Source: the human T2T-CHM13v2.0 reference genome, Homo sapiens
DNA: 64,000 bases
Strand: one strand, 5' to 3'
Assembly (NCBI RefSeq): GCF_009914755.1
Contig: NC_060927.1
Position 1 is the stretch's first letter, and each line of letters starts with the position of its first letter. The position numbers and the translations under genes are program-made. Below, piece after piece: positions 44,411 through 58,105 of the stretch. The notes beneath the pieces were generated by a model. It ran no database searches. It was not told the origin of the DNA and was given only the letters and a program-made list of their open reading frames with translations.

Positions 44411-44844
44411 TGTGGCAGAGACTGTAAGTTGTCCAACTAAATTCCTTGCCCTGTTCTTCCCAGGCAATACACAGTCACTGGGCACATGGCTGCCCAGCCA
44501 CAGACAGCATTTCTCAGCCCCTCTTGCAGCAAGGTGTGGTCATGACTATGCCAGTGGGGTATGAATGGAAGTGCTACATGCAGCTCCCATGTCACCTCCC
44601 ATCCCATTATCAAACACGTTCTTCTGGGCTACAACATAGATAGGCTCCAAACCCAGCTTTGACCATATGAATGAGGATAATGTCCTTAGAAGTGGTGGAG
44701 CAACTCCATGGAACTGAATCATCCTACCAACCTGGACCCCATCACTTTGAGACTATGACACAAGAGAAATAAATTCCCATCTTCTTAAGGCCACTGTATT
44801 TTGGTATCTCTTTGTTACGGCAGCTTAGCCTTGACCCCAATACA
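44411..44844 (+). mobile_element. Old MLT1-family LTR
   Basis: TGTGGCAGA start; AGAAATAAA...TAAGGCCACTGTATTTTGG...TTGTTACGGCAGC...AATACA end. Confidence 0.7.
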
Positions 44845-47800
44845 CCTGCAAACAGCAGAGGTTTCTAGGTCTGAGTATCAAGATGGCAAGCCCCTATCCC
44901 ATCCCTCCCTCCCCTTTGCCCTCTCCGTTCCTCCCCCACTTCCTCCTCCTCCCTTCCCACCACGTGCTCTGGGGCAGAAGGGAGAAATCACAACACACAG
45001 GGCACACAAAGCCAAGGGAAGGCAGGATGAGGCTGGAGGTGTGAAAACACTAAGGCCACTCCAAGAATGGTTGAAGGCATCTGAGCAGTGCTCCTGACAA
45101 GACCTGGGACTAAGCCCAGAAACCAGAGCAGAGACAAAGCAGACAGAGGGGCTGATTCTCAAGACGGAAGGAAGCACAGTGGCCGGACTCTGCACGGTAA
45201 CAAACAGCGGCCCAGAGGAAAGAAGGAGTGAGCTCTGCAGTATCTCAAGAAGACGAAGCATGCTGTGGGGAAAACGTGGGATCTGGTTAGGACCTGGTAT
45301 CAAAGCTCCAAGTTCACATCCTTTTTCCCCTGTGTGGTGGTGACTGAGTAACTTAACCTTAGTAAACCTCAGAATCTTCTCCTACAAAATAGGGATGATA
45401 CTATCTACTTCTCAAGGACTGTGTAAAGATTAAGATGATGGACTAAATAAGGTGATAATATAAAATGTCAGGAAAGCAATTATTCTTCCACTGCCTATCT
45501 AGGTTTAGTAAAAGCAAGAAACTGAGAGCTCCAACCAGTCGATCGCAGTCCCCTGAGGAGAGTGGAGAAGATAAGAACATCGGCAATTTGTCAACTGTCT
45601 TGAAGCACCAGGCACAGGCCTGGGTGCTTTACCAGAGTACTGTCTCCCAGGGGAAGTGGCACGCGGCCGGACCCAAGCCGGGTTCTGGTCCTGAGCCTCG
45701 GGGCATTGCACATGGCAGCTGGTATCTCTCAGCCAGGCCTGGAGGATGGGGCAAGAGCTGGGGATGAGGCTGCCACTTCTGCACCCATTGTGGGCAATGC
45801 CTCAGGGCACTCCCCATCAGCAGCGAAGGCCAGGCCAGGTGTGGGTAGCATGGGATCTGAAGCTCAGTTTCCTGCCTGATTGTCCCCCACCCCCACCCCT
45901 GCATATCTACACAGTGAAGGGCAGAAAAGCAAAAGGTGCCCCAGGGCCTCCCCTCAGGGATAGCTGGGCCCTGGGCTGCTCCTAAGCCAGATTTGGGGCA
46001 GGGGAGAGGGGAGTGAGGGGATTTGAAGAAGGTGGGCAGGCGAAGTCCCTGGGGTCTGCAGTGAGCACAGAGGAGGGCTTGGGGGCTTGGGGCCCTGCCC
46101 CACCTTCTGCTGGGCCATTATGCAGAACCTTTGCCTCTTAGCCCCTTGTTCATTCAGCTGGTGTTCCTCTGCACTTGCTGACACTGCACTTACTGCTGGA
46201 CTTGTCCAGGAGCCCTGGTTGTCTCCTGAAAGGTGAGCCTCCATGCTGGCCCAACACTTCTCTCACCTCAATTTGCCCCATGTTCTCTGCTTGAGGGCCC
46301 TAAACATTGATGCTCGTAATCCTAGCTGCCAAAGGACAGGCATCCATCAACCCCCAGCCCCAGGGACCCCCTCACCTCTCTCCCAGGACTCAGAAGCAGC
46401 CCACACTGCTCTGACCCCCAACACATAAGCAGAGAATGACATTCCCCAGGATGCAGGAAGATCCAGGGAAACATCACAATGCCCAACTGGGCAGGCTATC
46501 AGCCCACGCATGGCACCCACATCCTGAGGGCACCCAGGCAAGGAGATAGGAGAGTGTCCCTTTTCCTCCCTATTTGGAGGAAGCAGCACCCCTTCCCAGA
46601 GGGAAAAAGCCCCGAGTCCTCAGAAAGGCAGACTGGAGTGGAATTTAAGCCCACGACACCAGATGCTATTCCTGGCCACATGCCTAAGATGACAGAGCAA
46701 GAGTACCTCAAGAGAAACACACATGCCTGCCTCCCACCCCTAAAACCACTGGGTGCCTGTGCCCCACACCAGCAACAAGGGCAGGTAAGCCCATCTGGGC
46801 AAGAGGCTGGCAACAGGATCATTCCTGAAAGTCAGCTGTCAGTCAAAGTCTGCACCAAGGAAGCTGCTATGAGAAGAAACCCTGGGTGTGTCCTTTGTAC
46901 TCTGCTATCCTAAGCAAATGACCACTCCGTTAAAAAATCAGCATTGGCAAGTCTGAACGTGTGTCAACTGGTTTTTAAAATTTTTTAAAAGAAGGCCACA
47001 GCTACAGCAGAAAGTAGAGCCAACAAAGCCACCTTTGAACCCAGACAAGCTGAACCCTGACAAGCAGAGGAAAAGGCAGGGATACTGCGAGAGGTGGCAA
47101 TGCAACACTCAACCACCTGTTCTCTCCTGCCCGGTTAAGGTTCTCATTCACTCTAGGAATTATCCACAGCAAACCATTCCTCCAAAGCCAGCTAGGCTGG
47201 GGCCAAGTCTCATGGAGCTGCCAGTACCTCCACAGCACCTAGCATGCAGCAGGTATTCAATAAATGTTCGAGTAGGAACAGGGGCACACAAATCAAGTAA
47301 TGACTGGTGTGTCCCAATCACAGCCATTTCCAGGCAGCTGGTATGTACATGAGGAATACAGACTGATCTGACTTCAGCATGAGCCAAAAATAATGAAGAG
47401 AGGAAGTCTGCTATAAATCATCTAGCGCATTTAGAAGTCCTCTGTCGCTGGGCATTATCCATGCCATTGGCTTTCCTGCTTAATGCAGCAAACTGGATTG
47501 ATACCAGAGGGATGGAGAACTCTTCTTGGAGTCTCCAAGTCTCAGCTGGGCTGCCCCAAGAGCCAAAACAGAACTGGAAGGATGAAGGCCACGGAAGGGA
47601 CAGATTCTCACGCCCCCATCCATAGGGTCTCACAGAAACGACTCCTTGCCCTGAAGGACGCTGGGGAGTTAGGACAGAGGTCCTTGACAAAGGAGTGAGT
47701 CAGGTCCCTGTTGTGAGCACCCCAAGTGCTAGCACAAGTCACTTAAGCTAAATTGCTCTTGTCAAAACAAGCCCTCTGCCAGCACTCACGAGGCTGGGCC

Positions 47801-49960
47801 CGGCTTTCATCACCGACACTTGCTGAGCTGTGGAATTTAGCCAACAGGCCAGAAGCATCACGCCCCCCCCCACCCCCCCGCAGGTAGCAGAGGATCAGGA
47901 CTGGCGAAGCATAGGCTCTGGGCTGGAGCTTTACTCCCATTTCTACCACAGGGTGATTTGGCAACCTTGGGAAACATCTCTTTACCTTTTGGTTCCTATA
48001 AAATCAGGATAGGGCTTCCGCATATTCGATGGAGAAGTTTCTAGTGATCATATGGTCAACTCCCAAATCTCCATATTAAGGGAGGCAACAGTACATGGGC
48101 AGCACCATGGGACATAAGCACTCATGGTTAAGGTAGAAAACACAGGAGAAACCACACAAGTGGATGCTGAAGAATGACATGGCTAAGTTCAGATTGCAAA
48201 TGCCTCTGTTGGCCAAAGAGGTCAAGACAGGCATCAGGGAGGGGGTAAGGTTTGGGCTGGGAGCTGAGTAGGGTTGGGGTGTGGAGGGGAAACTTTTGAA
48301 TGAAAACAACAGTCCTCAAAAAATCACAGCACAGGTGGGGCAGTGAAGAGGCCACCATAGCAGGATCAGAGAGCGACAGATGATGAAGCTGCATCAGTCA
48401 AATGGCCCAGATGGTGAACCACTGTCTGCCAGGATGGGAAGCTTGGCTTGGTCCCACAAGCAATAAGGAGCCACTACAAGCTGGTAATGGGGGTTGTTTC
48501 ATGATATTTAATAACAGCTACTGTCTACCAGATGCTTACAGTGTGCAGGTATAGCCTCATCTAATCCTCGGGACAACACTATGGGCTGGGTGTAATTAGA
48601 ATTCTCATTTTACAGACAAAAAGAAAGTGAGGCACAGTGAAGTTAAGCAACTCGCTCCAGGCCACACAGCTAGGAAGTAGTGGCACTGGAACTTGAACCA
48701 GGGCCAACTGACTCTGAAACCCATGGTCTTAATCACTGTGCTACACTGGCTCCACCCCAGAAGGAAGAACTATTTGTCTTCCTTGGCAAAAGGGGGGCAG
48801 CAGCATCTGTCTGGAGGCTGGGTCTGCAGACTAGGAATGCTGCTGCACTCAAGAGACGGGGCTGGGGCTGGGAGGGAGGGATGAATCCAATAGATTCTAT
48901 AAGGGAAGTACTGGCAAGATTTGGGACTGACCCACCCAAGCCTGGGGAAACTTGAATGTTTATGGAGACCTTGACAGAGACGGAAAGTTGAGAAGGACAC
49001 CAATTATGGGGCACATGATGAGCTCACACTGAAGGGTTGAGAAGTGCCCATCAATGGGCACTCATATCTCTCCTTGAGAAGTTCCTCTTCTCCCTCTAAC
49101 TTAGACTTCACCTGCAGCCCAGGTCTTCACAAATTACCCTCCAGAGGAATTAAGCCTCTCACCATCTGTCAGCCCCTTCACAGGCCCCATCCCCTGGTGA
49201 CACCTCCACCCCTGCCCCCAGCCCTTTTTCAAGGGCAGCACATCTGTCCCGAGGAGAAAGGGCTGGGATCTGGTTAGTGTCGGCTCACTGCTGAGAAGTT
49301 CGACGTGGAGGACTCATTTATCTTCCAGTCTGTGTGTGTGAAAGTATGCATGAGTGTGTCAAGAACCTGCAGATATAAACAGCTCTGCCTCAGAGAAGGA
49401 AGCATACTCTCATTTTTCCTCAGTGGACGACAAACAGAGATAAACCAGACGCTAAGTTTTCTCAGGTCCTGTTGCCAGTAATCTCAGCCAAGGGGGCACT
49501 GGCAGGGCATGCTTCCTGAAGACTCTGGGACCCAGTGGTCCTCAAGGCATCACCCCAACAGCTCAGTGCACCCTGTTTTTGGGCTCAGCCACCAGTCTGG
49601 GGCAGGCCCCCCATTCCCAGTTCTCAGAGCAATCTGGAGAATGAGGGATATTTATAATCCAAGGTCAGCTGGCGCCATCTTGCTTCTTGGGAAAGAATGT
49701 CTCCAGCTAAGAGTCTGCCCCAAGAATGCTCGAGGGGTCAGAGGGACGAGAGGTCTCCAGCAGGCCAGTCATTCTAACAGCTTATTTCATCCTTCAGTGT
49801 TTCCTGAGGGCCAACTGTGCTGGGCACTCTGGCATGTGGGGGATGCTGGATAGGGCATTTGTGTAGCAAGTGGATAGCTGAAAGGCTGGGCAGAGTGACC
49901 ACGAGGGCCTCATTTAGCCCTGGGTAGTGAATGCCTGTTCACCTGTCCATGTCAGTATGT

Positions 49961-50476
49961 CTGTCCTACTATTCTAGTGATTCTTAGGTACGCACTGTGA
50001 GGAAGGCAGACCGCAGTCCCAGAGCTGGGACTCCACGCGAGCCTTTGGAGCATGGCGGGAATCATGGTACTGATGGTGATGAGGAGTTTTAACCCAAAAG
50101 CTGTTGAGAGCATGTGTGCAGTAGCCCTGAAAGGCCTTAATCCGCCTGCTCACCAGGGCAAAGGCTGCCCGGGTGCAAGGGAGACTGGAGGTCTGCTGGG
50201 CAGTCCTGCCTGTTTCAGCGGGATTGTGACTAAGGCAGCCCTCAGTTTGGGGGCCCACAGAATTGAAGAGCAAGGAAATGCCAAGAGTGTAGCTGAGATG
50301 GCCACAGTTAAGCTAAGGGGCTACTGCACACATGCTCTCAACAGCTTTTGGGTTAAAACTCCTCATCACCATCGCTGCCATGATTCCTGCCACGCTCCAA
50401 AGGCCTGCGTGGAGTCCCAGCTCTGGGACGGTGGACTGTCTTCCTCACAGTGAGTGCCTAAGAATCACTAGGACAG
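49961..50476. repeat. Long inverted repeat: arms 49961-50127 and 50318-50476, 190-bp spacer
   Basis: Manual alignment gives 140/153 identity between the left arm (from 49975) and the reverse complement of the right arm. Confidence 0.95.
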
Positions 50477-51017
50477 CTAAGGGGTTCTTGGCCTTCGTGC
50501 ATTTGTAAGAGAAATCAAAATTTCTTCAAGGAGGAGCATATGTTCTTTCTGCCTGAGGCCCAGGGTGGTCTCCAAGTCCAGACTGTATATTTTTGAGAAA
50601 AGTGTCATTAGAAGGAGGGGACACCTATTCCTAGAGGTCTCACCCCACTCAGGGCCTCAGGACACTGTCTGCTGAGTGGAAATCACCGCCAGCCAATGGG
50701 CCACCCTCCTACTATGTGTGTGCCCACAGAGGCCCAAAATAAATAACAATGAACGCCTCAACCTTAGTCCCAGGTGGCCCCAGAGCAGAGTGGCTGGCCT
50801 GAGTGAAGATGATGAACTGGCCAGAAGGAGGATGAGAATGGGGAACAAAAGTCTGGGCAGGCAGGAGGGGGAAACCAGGGCGAGCCCTCAGCAAGACCAG
50901 GCAGGAAGATTACTTTTCACTGAAATAGTCCCAAAGCCTAATTTTAGACAATAGTTCCTTTCTCCACTAGCATTCTTCCAAGAACTAGGTTTTGTATTCA
51001 GTGAACTCCTGTCATTC

Positions 51018-52177
<1,160 letters not shown>

Positions 52178-55100
52178 CTAATACCCAGCTCAGGTATAGC
52201 AGTCGCCTGCTCTCATTCTCACCATGAGCCCAGAAACCGTTCCTCTCCACCATCCTGATAATCAGCACCCACGTGGTCACTCAACTCTCATCTTCACAGT
52301 CTGGCCAAATCCCAGTCCCTGGGAGGGGTGGATACCCTGCTTCTTCAGGTGAGGAAATGGGTCTAGTGTCCAGGATCACACTGTCAGGCATCAGAACAGC
52401 AGGGTCTACACCAGGACCCTTGACTCTAACGTGCTATTCTATTAGTCAGAACAGGTGAGACCACGCCACAGGCCTCGAAAAAAAAAAAGAAAGAAAGAAA
52501 AGACTTCCCACCCTGTCTGGGAAGCCAAGTTGCAGAGAAGGCTCAAGGGGAAGGCCAGACTCTTCCAGACATCAGCACGTCATCTTCTGGATGGCTGCAG
52601 AGTGAAGGGAGAGGGACAGACGGAGGGAGGCGATGACTGAGCTCCCACCTTAGTGCTCTGACCCTCCAGATCTCACTCCTCGGGCTCCAGATGGCCTCGC
52701 TGGGCCTGGCCTGAGGAGGGCAGTTTGACACTGTCTTAGGGAAGCCCCACTTCGTTGTGAAAACTCAAGGCTCAAATCCTGGTCATTGGCCAGAGATGTG
52801 GAAGGACTGGCATGGAGGGGGAGCCCTGGCCTAGGAAACCAACCCTGGATGCAGGTCCTGTCCCCAGCTCCGACTGGCCAGATGTCATTAATTATGTCTC
52901 TTCATGCCTTTGTTTCCCCAAAGGTGAAAAGGAGATGCTTGGCACCAACATTCCCCCTAGCCGGGGTTAGTGTACAGATTAAAGAAGAGGTGAGAAATGA
53001 CGTTCCCATGCAAGTGACATCAATTATTATAGATGGAGAATGTCACCTAGAGCCCCAGGGAAGATTCTTCCCTTCAGCGGTGCCTGGCCCTGTGGAAAAG
53101 GCCCATTTTGTCAGTCCCCTGTCCTCCTCTACACTCTTGTTCTCAGAGTTTCCTACCCTAGTTTCCACGAAGGCTGAGATTCTCCAAGCTGCATGAAGTC
53201 CTGGGGACTGGCCATGGTACCATGGGACTGACCAGGGCAGCGGATGTGAATGTTCACTTTAATACACGCCTGTCATGGGACTGGCACTTCACTCCCCCAC
53301 CCACATACAGGTTCCTGCCACCCCCAGCGAGGAACACAGGCCACTCGGAGGGAGACACTTTTCCATTCTCACCTGGTCCTTTGCTGGTGGAGTTCCAGGG
53401 GTTGGGGGTGGGTTGGTTAGGGGGTGATACTGGTATAGAGGACCCCGGAGTGGGGCTTGGGGAAGTGGGGGAGCATGACCTTCCTGGACCATGAACTCCC
53501 ATTAGCTCCCCTCGAGGAATGTTTCCAAGCAATTCTCTCTGCTTCTTTGAAATCACACTCAATCTCTCTCCCTGGGGGAGGAAAGCCTCATGAGATGAGC
53601 AAGGAGCAGCGGGTTTGCAAGAACCTTGAGAGAGCCCAGAACAGCAATCCGGCAGCCACCATCGCTGCTGTGAGGTGCAGGGAGCAGTGGGAAGGGAGAG
53701 AGGAGGTGTGGAGAAGGGGGTGGGTGAGGCAGATGATGGAGGCTGTCAGGAGAGGCTCTGTGACTGCACAGAGCGGGGGTGGGTGTGTGGGTGAGGGTGG
53801 GGAGGCCTCACAGTGCTCAGAGACGGGACTTCAGAAGTTGAGAAATCCAACTGGAGCCTCCAAGTCTCAGCCAACTTCTGATCAGACCTTCTGTGAACAG
53901 CACAGACTCCAGCCTAAAAAGGCTTCTGGAATGGCATTTCTCTTCTTGTTAGCTAATACACAGGTTTCTAATCAAGCCTACTCTAATAGAGTCTTCTCAT
54001 TTTTACAGAAGAACCGGAGACTCAAAGGAGAAGCCAACTCAACCCAAGGAGACGCAGATAAAATACAAAGGCAGGGTCAGAATTCAAATCCAGGCCCCTC
54101 TAACTCCAAAGGACACAACCAGACATCTCTAGGTCTGATTTTCCTCCTCCCAACAACGGATGAGATTCTCCTATTTAGAGCCACTTCCCTAATTAGAAGT
54201 AATGAGGAAATGTCCCTCCCCAGTCTTCTCAGAAACAGGGAGTCCAGATTTGAACACAGTTTGGTCTCCTAGGAAAAAATAAGCCAGAAAAATCCCAGTT
54301 GCAATTACCAATGCCATCCATGTGATTATCAACCACAAACGTTTACAGGGAGCCAGCTGTGGTGAACAGGCTTGAGTAGGGAAAAGTGACCACCAGGCCC
54401 TCTGCCCTCAAGTGGATTCCATCCCATCCCCCACAACCAAGCCCTGAGTAGCTGGCGTTTGGAGGCTTTTAGATCCTGGGCTTCCCAAGGGGAGATGCAG
54501 AGAGAAGAGGCCTGTAAGCCCAGATGACCTAAACGATGTCCTACAAAACTGCCCACTGCCTTAGCCCTCTAAACACAAGGCACTGTTGGCTTCCTCTTCT
54601 GAAGTCAGGATGCCCGGCAGAGCCACCCTCCTAAAATCAGGGCAGGCAAGCACACACCACAAAAGCCAGAGCCTAGGCCACCTCCACTGACCTTCCTCAG
54701 ATCCTGTCCTTCCCCATGAGAAGTGCAAATGTCAAGGTCCCCTCAAGGTGCTTTACCTCTCCCCATGGCTGGTACCTGTCTGTGCCTCAGCTGCCTCTCC
54801 TGGGAAATGGGGCCCACTCTCTGGGTCAGTGTAAGACTTAAATAAGCTATCATATGTAAAGTGCTAACTGTGCTCAATAAACATGTCATCAACATCATTA
54901 CCGCTGAGAAAGGGATGGACACAGATGGGCCTGTAAGGATGGGAGATCCGGCCTGAGAGATACTTGCCAGGAGAGGGAGGGGATAGGAACTGACGCTTAT
55001 CAGGGTTAATGACAGGTCAGGAGCACATGCTAAGGAGACAGCAAGCCTGGGTCCCATTCGTAGCCCTTCCACTTCATACGGTGACTCTGGGCAAGTTACT

Positions 55101-55634
55101 TAACCTGTCTGAGCCTCAGTTTTGTCATATGTATCATGGGGATAACAGTGGTGACAGCTTTCCCCATAGAGTGGTTGAAGTAGTATAGGCAATAATATGT
55201 GCCAAGTGCTAGCACACTTTAAAAAAGAATTTAATACTCTGTTTCAGCTCTTCTATTATTGGAGCGCAGTAGTCTCTTTGCTCTGCCCTCTTCTAGTAAA
55301 TGCCGAGGATTTTCACTTTTCCCTTTTATCAGAGCCAAGAGGTCTCCGTCACAGTACACCAGGGGTCAGGGCAGGAGCTTGGCATCTGCTTCAGCCACAA
55401 GCCTTCATCTCCATTCTCCTGGGAGTCTTCACCTGTGGCCTGTGCCACGTTCAGGGGAAGAAATCACTATACCTCGTTCTCACAAAAGCCAATCCCAGAA
55501 GCCTCTCCCCAAAGACGTGGCTGGGAATTGGCTCAATGGCAGGTGCCAACTCTACATTTGCACGACATTGACAGTGAGTATCTCCAAATCCCAGCCCTGC
55601 TCATTGGTCTGGGAGAAGCTGGATGGTTTAGCCA

Positions 55635-55791
55635 CAGGGCCAGCTTCATGCATGTGTGATCTGTGCAGCTGCACAGGGCTCCACACTGAGTTTAATACTC
55701 TGTTGTTTCTGTCTTGAAATTCTCAGTACTTTTTGTACAAGGGGTCCCATATTTTCATTTTGCATAGGGTCCCACAAATCATGTTGCCGGT
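55635..55791. mobile_element. MER91-like hAT-Tip100 MITE
   Basis: CAGGGCCAGCTTCATG...TTTTCATTTTGCATAGGGTCCCACAAAT. Confidence 0.65.
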
Positions 55792-56357
55792 TTAGCATGC
55801 TTATCCACACATCTCCCGCTGGCTTCCATCGCTCCTGAGAGCCACTGCCAGCACTAGATCCAGGCTGCACATCTCAGACCTTTCCTCAGCGTCAGCTCTC
55901 ACCTGGGCACCTGACTGCTCTCTGGCTTCTACCCTTGGGCCTGTACTCTCTTTTCAACAAAGCAACCAGAGGATCCTTAAAAATGTGAGTCAGAATCACA
56001 TCACCCCTCTGCTTAAACCCTGCAATAGCTCCCTTCTCACTCAAGGGAGAAGAAAGGCCCAAGTCCAGCTGGTGGTGGGCAAGGCCCTTCGCGGTCTACC
56101 TCCCTCCCTTACCTCGCTGACCTCATCTCCTGGGGACCCCCCTGTTGTCCCTCTGCTCCAGCCATACTGGCCTTCTTGTTCTTCTGAATAGGCGGCAGGC
56201 ACATTCCCACCCCAGGGCCTTTGATCTGGTTGTTGCTTCTGCATGGGACACTCTTAAGCCAGATATCCATCCCCAAGCAAAGGACCAGATATCCTTTTAA
56301 TGCCAGAAAAGTCCTCTAACATCATCTCATCTATAAAGGACAACACTTCATCCAGCC

Positions 56358-57050
56358 TTTTAAAAAAGTATGAAGTGTTGGTGAGAATGGAGAAATCGGA
56401 ACCTCCAGGCATTGCTGGTGGGAATAAAAAATGGTGCAGCCCCTGTGGAAAACAGTATGGTGGTTTCTCAAAAAAATGAAAAATAAGATTACCATAGGAT
56501 TCAGCAATTCCACTTCTGAATTATATACCCCAAATAATTGAGAGCAGGGGCTCAAACAGATATTTTTACACGCATGCTCCCAGCAGCACTATTCACAACA
56601 GCCAAAAGATGGAAACTACCAAGGTATCCATGTCAGATGAATGAATAGATAAAATATGCTATCTATACACAATGGAACATTATTCAACCTTCAATAGGAA
56701 TGAGATGCTGACACATGCTACAACAGGGATAAGCCTCAAAAACATTATGCTAAGTGAAATAAGCCAGACACAAAAGGACAAATATTGTGGGAAGTACCCG
56801 GACTAGTCAAAATCATAGAGACAGAAAGTAGATTAGAGATGACCAAGGGCTGGGGGGAGGAAGGAATGGAGTTGGTGTTTAATGGGTAGAGTTTCTGTTT
56901 GGAATGATGAAAAAGTTCTGGAAATGGATTCTGGTAGTGGCTGCCCACCATGGTGAATGTACGTAATGTCACTGACTGGCACACTTAAAAACGGTTACAA
57001 GACAAATTTTATGTCATATGCATTTTATGACAAAATAAAGAAAAATAAAA
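56358..57050 (+). mobile_element. L1MB-like 3' fragment
   Basis: AAGTGTTGGTGAGAATGGAGAAA...CAGCAATTCCACTTCTG...ATGCTAAGTGAAATAAGCCAGACACAAAAGG; A-rich tail. Confidence 0.87.
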
Positions 57051-57885
57051 CAGCATAGGTGGAAGATTCAATTTAACATGAAATCCACTCTGGGCCCTGC
57101 ACTCCTTCCAGGCCCATATCTCCCACCAGCCATCCTCAGCCTCCCCCACCCCCACCCCATGGCCACCCCAGGGCCCCGAGCCTTGCTAACAGGTGACCCC
57201 TGACCACCACGCACAACCAATGGCCAAGTCCCAGCCCTGTCCTGGTGGGGGTGAGTGGGTAGACAGGGACACACACGTACACAGGAATGCAGCCCAGGCC
57301 ATAGGGAGGAGTCGCATTTTGGAAATCTGAGCCCTGCTCCCAGGACTAGAAATTCCAGGGAAGCCAAGTCAGTAGCCATAGTGTGTGTCAGAAAGGGAGG
57401 GAGGAGGCATCATTCCCTCTGCAGCCAGGCCCACAGCTGCCCTCCTCGCCTCCTCGGGAATGTGAAGTACGTCCCTGTGGCCGTGCACTTGAGGCAAGCG
57501 CGAAGGCCCACTCTCTCCACTCATGGCTTTACGTGGCAACTGTCAAGGCTTAGCGGGGAGGGGTAAGATTCTTCTGATCGCCTGGGAAAATGTGAAGATG
57601 CTCACAGCTTAGCCTCAATGCCACGGTGAGGTGGATAGGGGCTGCCCTGGTATTCCAGGCTCCCACCTTACTGGAGATGGACAAGCTCTTTAGGGAGAGG
57701 AATGCCAGATGGCAAAGTGCCCGCCCACGGGGCTAATTTTAGGCTCATCTCCACAGCAGCAACAGCGACGGCTCCCTGTGCAGAGCCCCCTGCACATCTC
57801 AGCTAGGGAGGTTTAAACTACTGGGCAACCCAGAGGGAAAGGAAAATGTACACAAGCCCATATCCACATCCACACATGCAGGCAG

Positions 57886-58105
57886 GCACACACACACACA
57901 TACACGCACACACACCCTTCCTCAAGGTGCACGTGCACACACACACACTTCCTCAAGGCACGCACACACACACACAAACACACACACACTCTTCCTCAAG
58001 GTGCACACACACACCCTTCCTCAAGGCGTGCACACACACACCCTTCCGCAAGGCACGTGCGTGCGCGCGCACACACACACACACACACCCACCCTTCCTC
58101 AAGGG
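57886..58105. repeat. Compound minisatellite: six CTTCC(T/G)CAAGG units separated by CA/CG spacers
   Basis: Units at about 57918, 57948, 57992, 58016, 58043 and 58094. Confidence 0.9.

Noticed and set aside
48098-48120. RE1/REST-like GCAGCACCATGGGACA
   Set aside because: Half-site spacing is off by one base and the flanks mismatch.
49961-50476. Reading the inverted repeat as a hAT MITE because TAGTGATTCTTA resembles a Charlie TIR
   Set aside because: No 8-bp TSD flanks the whole unit, and the direct repeat brackets only the right arm. Disfavoured, pending a Dfam search.
53457-54272. Longest ORF in the track (271 aa, + strand)
   Set aside because: Non-ATG start, no recognisable domain, and it partly overlaps MIR-like sequence; consistent with chance.
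57886-58105. CRISPR-like repeat-spacer appearance
   Set aside because: Repeats are only 11 bp, spacers are low-complexity CA runs, the context is a vertebrate intron, and there are no cas genes.
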